Of a DNA stretch of 64,000 nt, positions 9,359 to 19,355 are shown one piece after another. This DNA is from Deltaproteobacteria bacterium (GTDB lineage: Bacteria; Myxococcota; Kuafuiibacteriia; Kuafuiibacteriales; Kuafuiibacteriaceae). The position numbers and the translations under genes are program-made. Under the pieces are notes generated by a model that had not been told where the DNA came from, made no database searches, and saw only the letters and a list, made by a program, of their open reading frames with translations. Position 1 is the first letter of the stretch. Each line of letters begins with the position of its first letter. Location: the NCBI GenBank assembly GCA_040218735.1, contig JAVJQW010000038.1, positions 128,001 to 192,000 on the forward strand, in the 5' to 3' direction.

Positions 9359-10483
9359 TTACAGCTTGCGCCAGATCGTCGTCGTCACCGTCTTGCGCTC
9401 GGTCGCCACCGACTCCCCGTCCACGAGCCCGCGCCACGAATGCGCCACGGAGCGGGTCTGCGCGGCCTGCAGGAAACACGGGTTGTCCGCTTCGAAGGAG
9501 ACGAGCTCGCTCCCTTCGCCGCCGAGGAAGTCTTGGATGTTGGCGTCGGGGTTCTTGGGGACGACGTGCGGCGCCTTGCTCGGCGCGAACCCCCAGCGGG
9601 TCTCGAAGAGGATCTTCTTGCCCTTGTGGTTGATGCGCCGCGCCCGGAGCGCGCGTGCGCGGTGGTCCGGCGTGAGGACCTCGATCTCCTCCTTGTCCTT
9701 GCGCCCGGCGTCGAGGTTGCCCTTCTCGAACAGGTGCACGGCAAACGGGAGGAAGCGCTCGGCGATCGCTTCGTCACTCATGCGTAGCTTCGCGCGCTCG
9801 ATGTAGAACGGGCTCTTGCGCGGGTGGGGCGGGTGCAGCGACATGAACCGCTTGCGGACCTCGTCGCCGCCGTCGAGGCGTTCGAAGCGCCCGCGCATGT
9901 CGAGGTGGATCTTCACCGGCAGGTCGACCAGCGCGAACCACGCGACGGTGTCGGGTTCCACGGTCGCGTCCGCGCCGCCCTCGACGCGCCGCAGATCCGA
10001 GTTGCGCGTGGAGTCGAGGTCGGTGTGAACGTCGGCGCGTTTGCCGCGCATCCGCACGCGCTCCGCCACCGCTTCGAAGGCAAATCCGAGCCCGGCCTTC
10101 AGCGGCTGCGTGCGGAGGATGTAGTCGACCTCGATCTCGGTGCCCGCGTAGAAGTCCCCGCCGAGCACTTCGTTGACGACCTGTTTGTACGTGTACCGGC
10201 ACAGCGCGCCCGCGGCGTTCGGCTTGAAGGTGTACGGCGACTTCGGATCCGGCGCGTCGGCCGACGGCTCGACGGGCGGAGGCGCCGGCTCGGGCTCGAC
10301 GCGTTTCTTCGGCTGCGACGCGGCGTGACCCTTCGGGGCGTCCGGTTGCGACGCGGGCTGGGAGGCCGGCTGTGCCGCCGGAGTGTCCGGGGCGGCCGGG
10401 GGCGCCTCGGCGGGGGCCTTCGCGGGTTCGGCCTTACACGCGGAGAGCACGAGGATGGAAGCGAGCAGGTGACGGACGCGCAC
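9359..10483 (-). CDS. hypothetical lipoprotein with Pro/Ala-rich linker
   Basis: ILVLSAC lipobox, PASQPASQP linker, then a globular domain. Confidence 0.75.
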   Translation of the reverse strand: MRVRHLLASILVLSACKAEPAKAPAEAPPAAPDTPAAQPASQPASQPDAPKGHAASQPKKRVEPEPAPPPVEPSADAPDPKSPYTFKPNAAGALCRYTYKQVVNEVLGGDFYAGTEIEVDYILRTQPLKAGLGFAFEAVAERVRMRGKRADVHTDLDSTRNSDLRRVEGGADATVEPDTVAWFALVDLPVKIHLDMRGRFERLDGGDEVRKRFMSLHPPHPRKSPFYIERAKLRMSDEAIAERFLPFAVHLFEKGNLDAGRKDKEEIEVLTPDHRARALRARRINHKGKKILFETRWGFAPSKAPHVVPKNPDANIQDFLGGEGSELVSFEADNPCFLQAAQTRSVAHSWRGLVDGESVATERKTVTTTIWRKL

Positions 10484-10585
10484 GCCGCGTTCTAACAGGC
10501 GGTCCGGCGGTGCGTCGATCCCGCCTGTGACCGCGGCCCCGTTTGACCGTTCGGGGGCACGCCCGCTATTCGATCGGGAGCGTCC

Positions 10586-11401
10586 ATGGGCCCCCTCGCC
10601 GCCATCGCCGTCGTCACGCAGCTCGCGATCGGCCTCCCGCCGCCGCTCTGCGAGGGCCGCGTGGTCGGGCGCTACGATCCCTCGCTCGATTCACGCCCCA
10701 GCGCGCGCGCCGTCGCCGAGGTGCAGGCCGCGTACGACGCGCTCTGTCCCAAACACAACTGTGGCAAGGGTGAGCTCTTCAAGAACCACACGATGGGCAA
10801 CAACGCGGCCACGTGGGTGAACGGCATCCGCAACGGCGCCGCGACACGCGCCAAGATCGTCTACTCCAAGCAGTTCCTCGAGGCGCTCGCGGTGCGCTTC
10901 GGCGACGGCGCCTCGTTCGGCGTCCTCGCCCACGAGGTCGGCCACCACCTCACGGCCGCCCTCAACATGCGCGCCGAGTTCGAGGCGAGCTGGAACGAGG
11001 AGCTGCGCGCCGACTACCTCGCCGGGTGCGCGCTCGGCCGCAGCGGCCGCCCACCCGACGAGCTGGAGAACGCGCTCCGGGCGCTCGCGTCGGTCGCGAC
11101 CAAGTCCCACCCGTCCTTCGCCCAGCGCAACCCCGTGGTGCGCCGCGGCTACGACGAGTGCCGGGCCTCCGCCGCGGACCTGAGGAAGGTCCGCCCCGCG
11201 TTCGGGCTCGGTTCGCTCGCCGAGAAACCGGCGAGCGAAGGATGCGGCTACTGGTATCGACTGAAGGAGCAGGTCGATCGCGTCGGGCCCGTCGCGGCGC
11301 CGCGCCGCCGCGCGGGGCCGTTCAAGTCAATCGAGGCTTGTCGATCGCACGAGCGGAAGCTAAGCGAAGAACGGACCTCGGAGGGCTGTGTCTGTCCTTG
11401 A
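10586..11401 (+). CDS. secreted zinc metalloprotease (M48-like)
   Basis: VLAHEVGHH, ELRADYLAG and SHPS; several Cys residues. Confidence 0.75.
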   Translation: MGPLAAIAVVTQLAIGLPPPLCEGRVVGRYDPSLDSRPSARAVAEVQAAYDALCPKHNCGKGELFKNHTMGNNAATWVNGIRNGAATRAKIVYSKQFLEALAVRFGDGASFGVLAHEVGHHLTAALNMRAEFEASWNEELRADYLAGCALGRSGRPPDELENALRALASVATKSHPSFAQRNPVVRRGYDECRASAADLRKVRPAFGLGSLAEKPASEGCGYWYRLKEQVDRVGPVAAPRRRAGPFKSIEACRSHERKLSEERTSEGCVCP

Positions 11402-12656
11402 TGCCACGCTTCGGCGCTTCGCTTCGTTCACGCTCCTCGCGGCGGTGACCGCCTGCACCGATCCGGCGCCGCCCGCACCCCCGCCTCCGCCCGTCGAACC
11501 GTACTTCACGTACGCCGAGGCCATCGGCCCCGAGCCCGGTTCGCCCGCGCAGTATCACGTCGCCGAGATGCGCTGGGGCGACGCGTTCAGCACCTGCGCC
11601 TCACGCGTCGACGTCAACGGCCGCGAAGTCGACGAGCTCGTGCGCGCGCTCGACGGCTACGTCGACTTCACGAGGTGCCGCCCGGGGCAGTGGTTCGAGA
11701 TCGAGCGCGACGCCGAGGGGACGCTCACCTGGTTTCGCTACAACGCGAGCATCACCGACAAGTCTGCGGTGTACCGAGGCCCAGACGGGGTGCTCGTCGC
11801 GTACAAGGAGCCGGTCGCGGTCCGCACCGCGACGGTGACGGTGAGCGGCGAGGTCGACTGGTCGCTCTACGCGGCGATGGACGCGATCGGCGAGGAGCCG
11901 TGGCTCACGCTCACGCTCGTCGACATCTTCGCGTGGGACGTCGACTTCTTCACGGAGACGCAGAAGGGCGACCGCTTCGCGATCGTCGTCGAGAAGCGCT
12001 ACGTGGGGGACAAGTTCATCGGCTACGGCAACGTGCTCGGCGCCGAGTACGCCTTCGCGGACCGCGACCGCAAACACCGCGCGTTCCGGTACGCGTTCGA
12101 GGACGGGAAGGTCGGCTTCTACCAGGCGAACGGAAAGGCCGTGGAGAAGGCGTTCCTGAAGTCACCGATCAAGTTCGCGAGCATCACGAGTCGCTACGGG
12201 ATGCGCAAACATCCGATCCTCAAGTACGTGCGCGCGCACCGCGGCGTGGACTACGGCGCACCGAGCGGCACCGCGATCTGGTCGGTGGGCGACGGCGTCG
12301 TCACCTACGCGGGGCGCAAGGGCGGCTACGGGCGCGTTGTGTTCATCCGCCATGCGAACGGGCTGTCGACGCGCTACGCACACCTCAGGGGGCTCGGATC
12401 CGGGATCCGGCGCGGCGTGCGCGTGCGGCAGAAGCAGACGATCGGCTACGTCGGCCAGAGCGGCCTCGCGACCGGGCCGCACCTGCACTTCGAGCTGCTG
12501 CGCGGCGGGCGCCACATGAACCCGCTCGCGCTGGTGTCGCCGCCGGCGCCGCCGATCCCCGAGGAACAGATGGAGCGCTTCCTCGACCAGGTCTCGCCGT
12601 GGGTCGAAGCGCTCGGAACCGTGACCAGCACGCAGTCCGGCGGTAGCAGCGGCTGA
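11388..12656 (+). CDS. M23 family peptidoglycan endopeptidase (MepM-like), lipoprotein
   Basis: ITSRYGMRKHPIL, AHRGVDYGAP, GYGRVVFIRH, YAHL and TGPHLHFE. Confidence 0.95.
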   Translation: MSVLDATLRRFASFTLLAAVTACTDPAPPAPPPPPVEPYFTYAEAIGPEPGSPAQYHVAEMRWGDAFSTCASRVDVNGREVDELVRALDGYVDFTRCRPGQWFEIERDAEGTLTWFRYNASITDKSAVYRGPDGVLVAYKEPVAVRTATVTVSGEVDWSLYAAMDAIGEEPWLTLTLVDIFAWDVDFFTETQKGDRFAIVVEKRYVGDKFIGYGNVLGAEYAFADRDRKHRAFRYAFEDGKVGFYQANGKAVEKAFLKSPIKFASITSRYGMRKHPILKYVRAHRGVDYGAPSGTAIWSVGDGVVTYAGRKGGYGRVVFIRHANGLSTRYAHLRGLGSGIRRGVRVRQKQTIGYVGQSGLATGPHLHFELLRGGRHMNPLALVSPPAPPIPEEQMERFLDQVSPWVEALGTVTSTQSGGSSG

Positions 12657-12706
12657 CGAGGAGATCCTTGTCGGTCGGGGAGGCGCCGCGGTAGCGTCCG
12701 CGCGCC

Positions 12707-13381
12707 GTGGCCGTGGAGTTCGAACATCGCGCGTCGATCCGGTCTGCGGCGGAGCAGCTCGTCGAGGTTTGCAAGCTGATGCACCAGCGCGGCTACATCG
12801 CCGCGCGCGACGGGAACGTCTCGGTACGCATCGGCGACAAGCGGATGCTCGTCACGCCGTCTGGGGCTCGCAAGGGCTTCATGAAGCCGGACGACATGGT
12901 GCTGTGTGACCTCGACGGGAACCCGGTGCGGGGGGAGCGCGGTCGACCATCGTCGGAGACGATGATGCACACGCTGATCTACGCGGAGCGCCCCGAGGTG
13001 AACGCCGTCGTGCACGCGCACCCGCCCTGCGCGATCGCACACACGATCGCGGGGGTCGGGCTCGACCAGCCGCTGATGCCGGAGGTGCTGTGTGAGCTCG
13101 GAGAGATCGTGACGGTGCCGTACACGACGCCGACGACGCGCGAGGTGCCCGACCGGCTCCGCGAGCACCTGACCTGCCGCGTCGCGCTGATCATGGAGCG
13201 CCACGGCTCCATCACGCTCGGCGAGACGCTCGGGCAGGCGTACGACCGCCTCGAGATCCTCGAGCACACCGCGCGCATCTCGATGATGGCCAACGCGCTC
13301 GCGCCCGGCGGCGTGCGTGGCCTCGACGCCGAGCAGGTCGACAAGCTCCGCGTCTTCCTCGGCTGCGGCCTCGGCTGCTGA
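12707..13381 (+). CDS. class II aldolase/adducin family protein
   Basis: DGNVSVR, TPSG, PSSETMMH, AVVHAHP and MERHG. Confidence 0.93.
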   Translation: MAVEFEHRASIRSAAEQLVEVCKLMHQRGYIAARDGNVSVRIGDKRMLVTPSGARKGFMKPDDMVLCDLDGNPVRGERGRPSSETMMHTLIYAERPEVNAVVHAHPPCAIAHTIAGVGLDQPLMPEVLCELGEIVTVPYTTPTTREVPDRLREHLTCRVALIMERHGSITLGETLGQAYDRLEILEHTARISMMANALAPGGVRGLDAEQVDKLRVFLGCGLGC

Positions 13382-13434
13382 ACCCCGGACGCCCCCTCTA
13401 GACGGCCTCGAAACCGGGTTTTCTCGCGCTCATG

Positions 13435-13457
13435 TTGATATTGAATTGTGTTCAATA
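13435..13457. promoter_or_regulatory. perfect palindrome TATTGAA-N5-TTCAATA, likely repressor operator upstream of the monooxygenase
   Basis: AT-rich patch in GC-rich DNA. Arms at 13439-13445 and 13451-13457 overlap a TTGATA -35-like hexamer (13435-13440), 23 bp before the ATG at 13481. Confidence 0.6.
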
Positions 13458-13480
13458 AGCGGATCCGGTAGACGTGGGGC

Positions 13481-15022
13481 ATGGACGCCATCCGACCTGT
13501 GGACCCCGAACACCTCGACGTCGTCATCGTCGGCGCCGGGCTCTCCGGCATCGGGTGCGCGGTGCACCTGTCGAAGCGGTGCCCGGACCACCGCTACGCG
13601 ATCCTCGAGGCGCGCGAGCGGATGGGCGGGACGTGGGATCTGTTCCGCTACCCCGGCATCCGCTCGGACTCGGACATGTACACGCTGGGGTACGCCTTCC
13701 GGCCGTGGACCGACGGCAAAGCGATCGCGGACGGGCCGTCGATCCTGAAGTACATCGAGGACACGGCGCGGGAGTTCTCGGTCGACGAGAAGATCCGCTA
13801 CGGCCTTCGCCTCGAGCGCGCGAGCTGGTCGACCGAAGACGCGAAGTGGACACTCTTCCTCCGCGAAGCGTCGACCGGCGAGGTCCGCAGGATGACCTGC
13901 CGCTTCCTCCTCGCGTGCACCGGCTACTACGACTACGACCAAGCGCACGCGCCGCAGTTCGAAGGGCAGGGTGACTTCGCGGGCCGCGTCGTGCACCCGC
14001 AGTTCTGGACGGAGGACATCGACTACGCCGGCAAGAAGGTCGTCGTGATCGGCAGCGGCGCGACCGCGATGACGCTCGTGCCGAGCCTCGCCGAGCAGGC
14101 GGAGCACGTCACGATGCTGCAGCGCTCGCCGACGTACGTAGTCGCCGCACCGGACACCGACGCGGTCGCGGACTTTCTGCGTCGTCACCTCTCCGAGAAG
14201 ACCGCGTACGACATCACGCGGTGGAAGAACGTGCTGCGCACCATCGCGCTGTACAAGGCGTCGCGCCGCTTCCCGAAGGCGATGAAGAAGCTCTTCATCT
14301 ACGGCGTGAAGAAGGCGCTCGGTGAGGACTACGACGTCGAGAAACACTTCACGCCGAGCTACAACCCTTGGGACCAGCGCCTTTGCCTCGTGCCGAACGG
14401 CGACCTCTTCGAAGCGATCAAGGCGGGCACCGCGAGTGTCGCCACCGATCACATCGAGCGCTTCACCGAGCGCGGCGTTCGGCTGCAGTCCGGCGAGGAG
14501 CTCGAGGCGGATCTGATCGTCACCGCCACGGGCCTCAAGGTCCGGTTGTTCGGCGGCGCCGAGCTGAGCGTGGACGGGCGAGCGATCACCCCGAACGACA
14601 CGATGGCCTACCGCGCGATGATGGTGAGCGACGTCCCGAACCTCGCGTTCGCCGTCGGGTACACCAACGCGAGCTGGACCCTGAAGATCGATCTCGTCGC
14701 CGACTACGTGGCGCGCCTGCTCGATCACATGGACGCCAACGGCTACGACATCTGTGTTCCGGAGCGCGACCCGGACATGGAGCAGGCGCCGTTGCTCGAC
14801 TTCGACGCCAACTACATCAAGCGCGCCCTCGGCGAGCTCCCGCAGGCCGGGAAGAAACACCCGTGGCGGATCTTCGAGAACTACCTGCTCGATCGCGTAA
14901 CGCTGAACAACGCGCGCTTCGACGACGGGATCATGAAGTTCTCGAAGCGCAAGGTGCGCGCGGTCGTGCGCCCGCAGCAGACACCGGCGGCGTCGACGAC
15001 TCAGCGACAGACGGTCGCGTAG
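13481..15022 (+). CDS. FAD-containing Baeyer-Villiger monooxygenase, EthA/AlmA-like
   Basis: IVGAGLSGIG, GGTWDLFRYPGIRSDSDM, FAGRVVHPQFW, VIGSGATA, LQRSPTY, PSYNPWDQRLC and GYTNASWTLK. Confidence 0.95.
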   Translation: MDAIRPVDPEHLDVVIVGAGLSGIGCAVHLSKRCPDHRYAILEARERMGGTWDLFRYPGIRSDSDMYTLGYAFRPWTDGKAIADGPSILKYIEDTAREFSVDEKIRYGLRLERASWSTEDAKWTLFLREASTGEVRRMTCRFLLACTGYYDYDQAHAPQFEGQGDFAGRVVHPQFWTEDIDYAGKKVVVIGSGATAMTLVPSLAEQAEHVTMLQRSPTYVVAAPDTDAVADFLRRHLSEKTAYDITRWKNVLRTIALYKASRRFPKAMKKLFIYGVKKALGEDYDVEKHFTPSYNPWDQRLCLVPNGDLFEAIKAGTASVATDHIERFTERGVRLQSGEELEADLIVTATGLKVRLFGGAELSVDGRAITPNDTMAYRAMMVSDVPNLAFAVGYTNASWTLKIDLVADYVARLLDHMDANGYDICVPERDPDMEQAPLLDFDANYIKRALGELPQAGKKHPWRIFENYLLDRVTLNNARFDDGIMKFSKRKVRAVVRPQQTPAASTTQRQTVA

Positions 15023-17946
15023 CTCACGGTCACGGCGTCGCCCGGGGTCGGCGCGATCAGCGGCGAGAACGCGAGGGTGTTGGTCGCGAGGGCGAACGCC
15101 CAGTTCGTCGCGCCGGTGCCGGTCACGCTGGGAATCGTCATTCCGTTGATGGTGACCTCGAGCGTCGCGGCCTCCACCGCGGCGTCTAGGCGGTACTTCG
15201 TGCGGTAGCCGAAGAGCGCCGGCGCGATGTCGTTGATGGTCTGGCCCCAGTCCGACGAGCAGATCGACGTGAAGCCGTCACCCGTGAGCTCGGCGATGGA
15301 CACGTAGCGAGGCGCCGGCCCGGCGCTGCCCGACGGGCCCGTGCAGAACGTCTCGCCCGCCACGATCGAGGTGACGTGGACGCGCTGGGGATCCTCCTTC
15401 GTCGAGCGCAAGAAGCGGCTGTACAGCTCGGGGGCGCCCGGCGACAGGTCGTCGCTGTCGGAAAGGAACACGACGGACAGGGATGCGTCGGGGCGGAGGA
15501 AGCCGGCGTTGTGGGTGACGACGTTGGTACCGGAGAGCCCGCGGTAGACGCTCTGCAGCCCGCGGTCCGCCGCTCCGATCGAGCCCGGGCTCAACGCGAG
15601 GTTCGCGTCGAACACCGCGCCCGGGGACGGCTGGGTGTTGCGCGTGATGATCTTCCGCGACGGATCCTCCGAGTAGAGGTTCTGCGGACCCGGGTGGACG
15701 AGGCGCCCCTGCTCGTCGGTGTTCATCGTCGTGACGCCGATCTGATAGTCGACGCCCTGCGAGTCGGCGAACGCGGTGAGCGCCGCGAAGAGGTCGCCGA
15801 TCAGCGCGCGCTCGTTCACCGTGCCCGGGCGGTTGCGCACGACGAACAGGACGTCCGCCTTTTGGGCCGCGAGCGGTTCGAGCGTCTGCACGGTCCGGGT
15901 CGTTCGACTCCGCCCGAACAACGGCACGGTCTGGCGAACCATGACCCCCTCCGTGAAGACCTCGATCGCCAACGCGGAGGCGAAGTCGCCCTCCTGCGAG
16001 ATCGCGAAGCCGACCGGGAGGGTCAGCGTCCCCATCGGTGCGATCGTCGCGGGGAGCGCGGGCGGGGTGAGCGTGAACGCACCGCCCGGCTGCAGCGTGA
16101 CGTTCGTAATCTGGACGGACGCCGCGCCCAGGTTGTCGATCGTGATCGTCTGATCTGCGGCACTGCAGTTGGGGTCGACGTGACCGAAGTCGACGCGACG
16201 TGGAGAGACGACGACCGGCGCCGCCTGTGCGTCGGCCACGAGATCGATCGTCGCGCTGGGGGAGCTCGGGCTCGACAGCTCGACGTTGAGTGTCCCCTGG
16301 TGGGTTCCGAACCCGGAGGGGCGGTAGCGGACGCGCAGCACGGCCGACGACCGGGAGTCGAGCCGAATGGCCGTGGTCGGTGCGTCGAGCAGCTCGAAGG
16401 TCTCACTCGTCGTCGCGGCGAGTCGTGCCTGGGTGAGTAGGCAGTCGTCCACACCGGTGTTCATGATCTGCGCGCCGAGGATCTGCTCGCGGCCGATGTC
16501 GATGCGTCCGAACGACAGCTCGGGTGTGACGACCGTGTACTGGCACGGCGGTAGCGCGACACCTTGACCGACGACGGGGGCGTCGAACGTGTCGACGTCG
16601 GCGTCGTTCGTCTCCACTCGAATCGCCGCCGTGTGTCCGCCGACGCGCGCCGGCGAGAACCGTACGCGGACCTCGCGCTGCGCGCCGGGGGCGAGGAACG
16701 CGCTGCCCCCGTTGAGCACTTGGAACGCCGCGGCGTCCGGGCCGACGGGGGAGATGTTGCCGATCTCGACGGCGAGCTGTCCGATGTTGGCGATGCGGAG
16801 CGTGCGCTCCATCGGGACGATCGTCGACACCAACCCGAAGTCGAGCGGCTCGGGCGTGGCGGCCAGCGAGGCGCGGCCAGCGAATCCACTGAGTGGAAGG
16901 TAGATGAGCTTCTGTTGGCTGGTGGTTTCGCGGTACCGGACGCCGAGGTGACCGACATCCCGTCCGTAGTCCGACGGGCAGTACTCCACGCGCACCGTAA
17001 ACTCGCCGCTCGGTTCGACGGCGAGGAACCCGTCGTCCTCGAAGACGAAGTCGGGGCTCGTCGGCGTACCGATCGATTCGGCGCCCCAGCCGTCGACGAG
17101 CACCTCGTCGTTGCCCTCGTTGGTGCAGCGGACCGTCCACGGCGCGCACGTACCGACCGTGACGCGGCCGAAGTCGAGCTCCGCGGGCGCACAGACCAAC
17201 CCGGTCTCGACGACCGTGCTCACGAGCTGGACCTCGACCTCGCAGCCCGCGCTCGCGCAGGTGCGGAGGAGCGCGGTCGCGCGCTCGCGCCCGGCCTCGG
17301 TGAAGGGGCTGTGTCGGACGTCGACGCTGCGGCTGTCGCCGGCCGACACGCGGACCGTCGCGGGGGCGTCGAAGCAGAACGGCGTCGACGCTCCGCCGCC
17401 GGGGACGCAGACCTCGACCTCGTCGCTGGCGCCGAGCTCGACGTTCAGCGCTTCCTCACAAGGGTTGGTGAGGGTGAGGGTCTGGTAGGCGCGCGTGCGG
17501 GTGACGACCTCGCCGAAGTCGAGCGGGTCGGGCGTCGCGACGATGGTGCACGTGGGCTCGGCGACCCCGACGCCTTGAACGCTGAGGCGCTTCGCGTCGA
17601 GGCCGTCGGGGCCGAGGTCGAACCGCGCCTGGGCGGGCTCCGCGAACCGCGGCGCAAACGCGACCTCGAACGACCCGCTCGCGCCCGCGTCGAGCTCGAG
17701 GCTGTCCTCGGACACGGTGATCGAACCGCTGGACGCCGGCCCGCGTCGGATCGGCACGACGAGGGTGTCGCTCGTCCGGTTCGTCACGGTCACGCGCTCG
17801 CGTGCCGTCGTACCGACGAGGGTGTCGTCGAACGTGATCGACTCCGGCGAGAGCGAGAACGCTTCGCCGAGCGGGAGCGCCTCGGCGCTGCATCCGGCGA
17901 GCGCGAGCGCGAGGATCGTTAGGCGAGGTTCGATTCGGATGTGCAC
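15001..17946 (-). CDS. large lipoprotein with about six Ig-like choice-of-anchor D/ASH domains and a C-terminal vWA-like domain
   Basis: ALAGC lipobox and repeated P..LDFG.V...N... units. The C-terminal DVLFVV..DYQIGVTT..FLRPDASLSVVFLSDSDD..SIC region is typical of myxobacterial CglB-like vWA domains. Confidence 0.85.
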   Translation of the reverse strand: MHIRIEPRLTILALALAGCSAEALPLGEAFSLSPESITFDDTLVGTTARERVTVTNRTSDTLVVPIRRGPASSGSITVSEDSLELDAGASGSFEVAFAPRFAEPAQARFDLGPDGLDAKRLSVQGVGVAEPTCTIVATPDPLDFGEVVTRTRAYQTLTLTNPCEEALNVELGASDEVEVCVPGGGASTPFCFDAPATVRVSAGDSRSVDVRHSPFTEAGRERATALLRTCASAGCEVEVQLVSTVVETGLVCAPAELDFGRVTVGTCAPWTVRCTNEGNDEVLVDGWGAESIGTPTSPDFVFEDDGFLAVEPSGEFTVRVEYCPSDYGRDVGHLGVRYRETTSQQKLIYLPLSGFAGRASLAATPEPLDFGLVSTIVPMERTLRIANIGQLAVEIGNISPVGPDAAAFQVLNGGSAFLAPGAQREVRVRFSPARVGGHTAAIRVETNDADVDTFDAPVVGQGVALPPCQYTVVTPELSFGRIDIGREQILGAQIMNTGVDDCLLTQARLAATTSETFELLDAPTTAIRLDSRSSAVLRVRYRPSGFGTHQGTLNVELSSPSSPSATIDLVADAQAAPVVVSPRRVDFGHVDPNCSAADQTITIDNLGAASVQITNVTLQPGGAFTLTPPALPATIAPMGTLTLPVGFAISQEGDFASALAIEVFTEGVMVRQTVPLFGRSRTTRTVQTLEPLAAQKADVLFVVRNRPGTVNERALIGDLFAALTAFADSQGVDYQIGVTTMNTDEQGRLVHPGPQNLYSEDPSRKIITRNTQPSPGAVFDANLALSPGSIGAADRGLQSVYRGLSGTNVVTHNAGFLRPDASLSVVFLSDSDDLSPGAPELYSRFLRSTKEDPQRVHVTSIVAGETFCTGPSGSAGPAPRYVSIAELTGDGFTSICSSDWGQTINDIAPALFGYRTKYRLDAAVEAATLEVTINGMTIPSVTGTGATNWAFALATNTLAFSPLIAPTPGDAVTVSYATVCR

Positions 17947-18008
17947 CCCAGGTTCCCTCTTTGCGTGCGAAACAAAGTGGACCCGGGCAGCCTAGCAGGC
18001 CTCGGCGG

Positions 18009-19355
18009 TCACCGTGAGAGGTGCGCGATGTGGGTGAGCACGCGCTCGTGGATCGAGTGGATCAACGCGTCCGAGAAGAGCGTCCAGTACGGCGCCGGGA
18101 AGATGTTGATGCGGTACCAGGTCGACCCTTCGAGGCGGGTCCGGGTCCCGCCGTCGAGCGGGATGAGCCGGAATTCACCGCGCTCGCTGGTGAGGTACCC
18201 GTCGAGGTGCGGGGTGTGGAGGTGGTCGTACGGCGACCACTCGTGCATCGGCGGCGGCTGCGCAACGACGTCGAACGAGAGGCGGTGCGGCGGCTCCCAC
18301 CGGGTGATCGGCTCGACGAACGGGCCGGTCGAGAACTCACAGTGGCGCACGGCGCCGACGCCCGAGCCTTCGATTCGCGCGCGCTGCGGGTACGCGATCC
18401 CGAGCTCGAAGTAGAGACGGTTCGGCGGCGGCAGCTCGGAGAAGCCGACGACGTTGGGCCACACCTTCGCGGGCGGTGCGTCGATCTCGAGGGACGTCGC
18501 GACCTCGCGGAGCGGGCGGTGCCCGACCGAAGTCTCGGCCGCCGCGAGCAGCGGCAACGCGAGGAGCATGATCGCCACGTGGGAGCCTGGGCCGACCGTC
18601 CGCAACGCGATCGCGCGGCCGATGAGCGCGCCCACGACGCCCGCGGTCGCTCCGATCGGCGCGGCCATCAACAGGCACAACACCCCCTCCAAGGCGAACA
18701 GGAGGATCGCCGTGCCCGCGAGTCCGACTGTGACCAGCCCGACGAGCACCGTGTTCCCGACCGAGCGCGCGTGGTTCTTGTTGTGGAGGAACGCACTGAC
18801 CGCGCCCATCACGAACGGCGTCACGAAGAACAGCACCGTCCCGTAGCCGCTCGCCGCGGCGCTCACGGGCAACACCATCAGCACCCCCACGCCGACGCCC
18901 GCCGCGCAGCCGAGGAGTGCGCTCTTCACCATCGCGACCGAAGTCGGCTCCGGCGTCTCGGCGTACCAGACGACGCGCTCGTTCGGCGCGGAGGGGAGCG
19001 CCGCGAGCACCAGCATCGCGACGATGTTCACGACCGGGACGAGGAACAGGAACACGAGCCACGGCGACTTGCCGGCATCGACCGCGCGACGCAGCGTCAT
19101 CGACGCGCCGATCCACAGGAACGGGAGCGCGACGACGATCGACGCGACCGCGAAGGCCCCCTCCGCTTCGCGCAGGAACGTCTCGCGGGTGGAGAGCAGC
19201 GGGGAGAGGAAGCTCAGCGGATCGAGCATCGCGCCCGTCGCGGCGAAGTAGAAGCCGGCGTCGATCGCGTACTTGAGGCCCATCAGCAGCACGCCCGCCA
19301 ACAGGTACTGCTTGCGCGAGACCGGGCGGGAGAGGCCGAAGAGCAGCGCGAGCAT
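18009..19355 (-). CDS. DUF805 membrane protein fused to an SRPBCC/START-like domain
   Basis: TLRRAVDAGKSPW (DUF805), several TM helices, then IDAPPAKVW...GVGAVRHCEFSTGPFVEPITRWEPP. Start at MLALLFG overlaps the upstream stop (TGATG). Confidence 0.85.
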   Translation of the reverse strand: MLALLFGLSRPVSRKQYLLAGVLLMGLKYAIDAGFYFAATGAMLDPLSFLSPLLSTRETFLREAEGAFAVASIVVALPFLWIGASMTLRRAVDAGKSPWLVFLFLVPVVNIVAMLVLAALPSAPNERVVWYAETPEPTSVAMVKSALLGCAAGVGVGVLMVLPVSAAASGYGTVLFFVTPFVMGAVSAFLHNKNHARSVGNTVLVGLVTVGLAGTAILLFALEGVLCLLMAAPIGATAGVVGALIGRAIALRTVGPGSHVAIMLLALPLLAAAETSVGHRPLREVATSLEIDAPPAKVWPNVVGFSELPPPNRLYFELGIAYPQRARIEGSGVGAVRHCEFSTGPFVEPITRWEPPHRLSFDVVAQPPPMHEWSPYDHLHTPHLDGYLTSERGEFRLIPLDGGTRTRLEGSTWYRINIFPAPYWTLFSDALIHSIHERVLTHIAHLSR

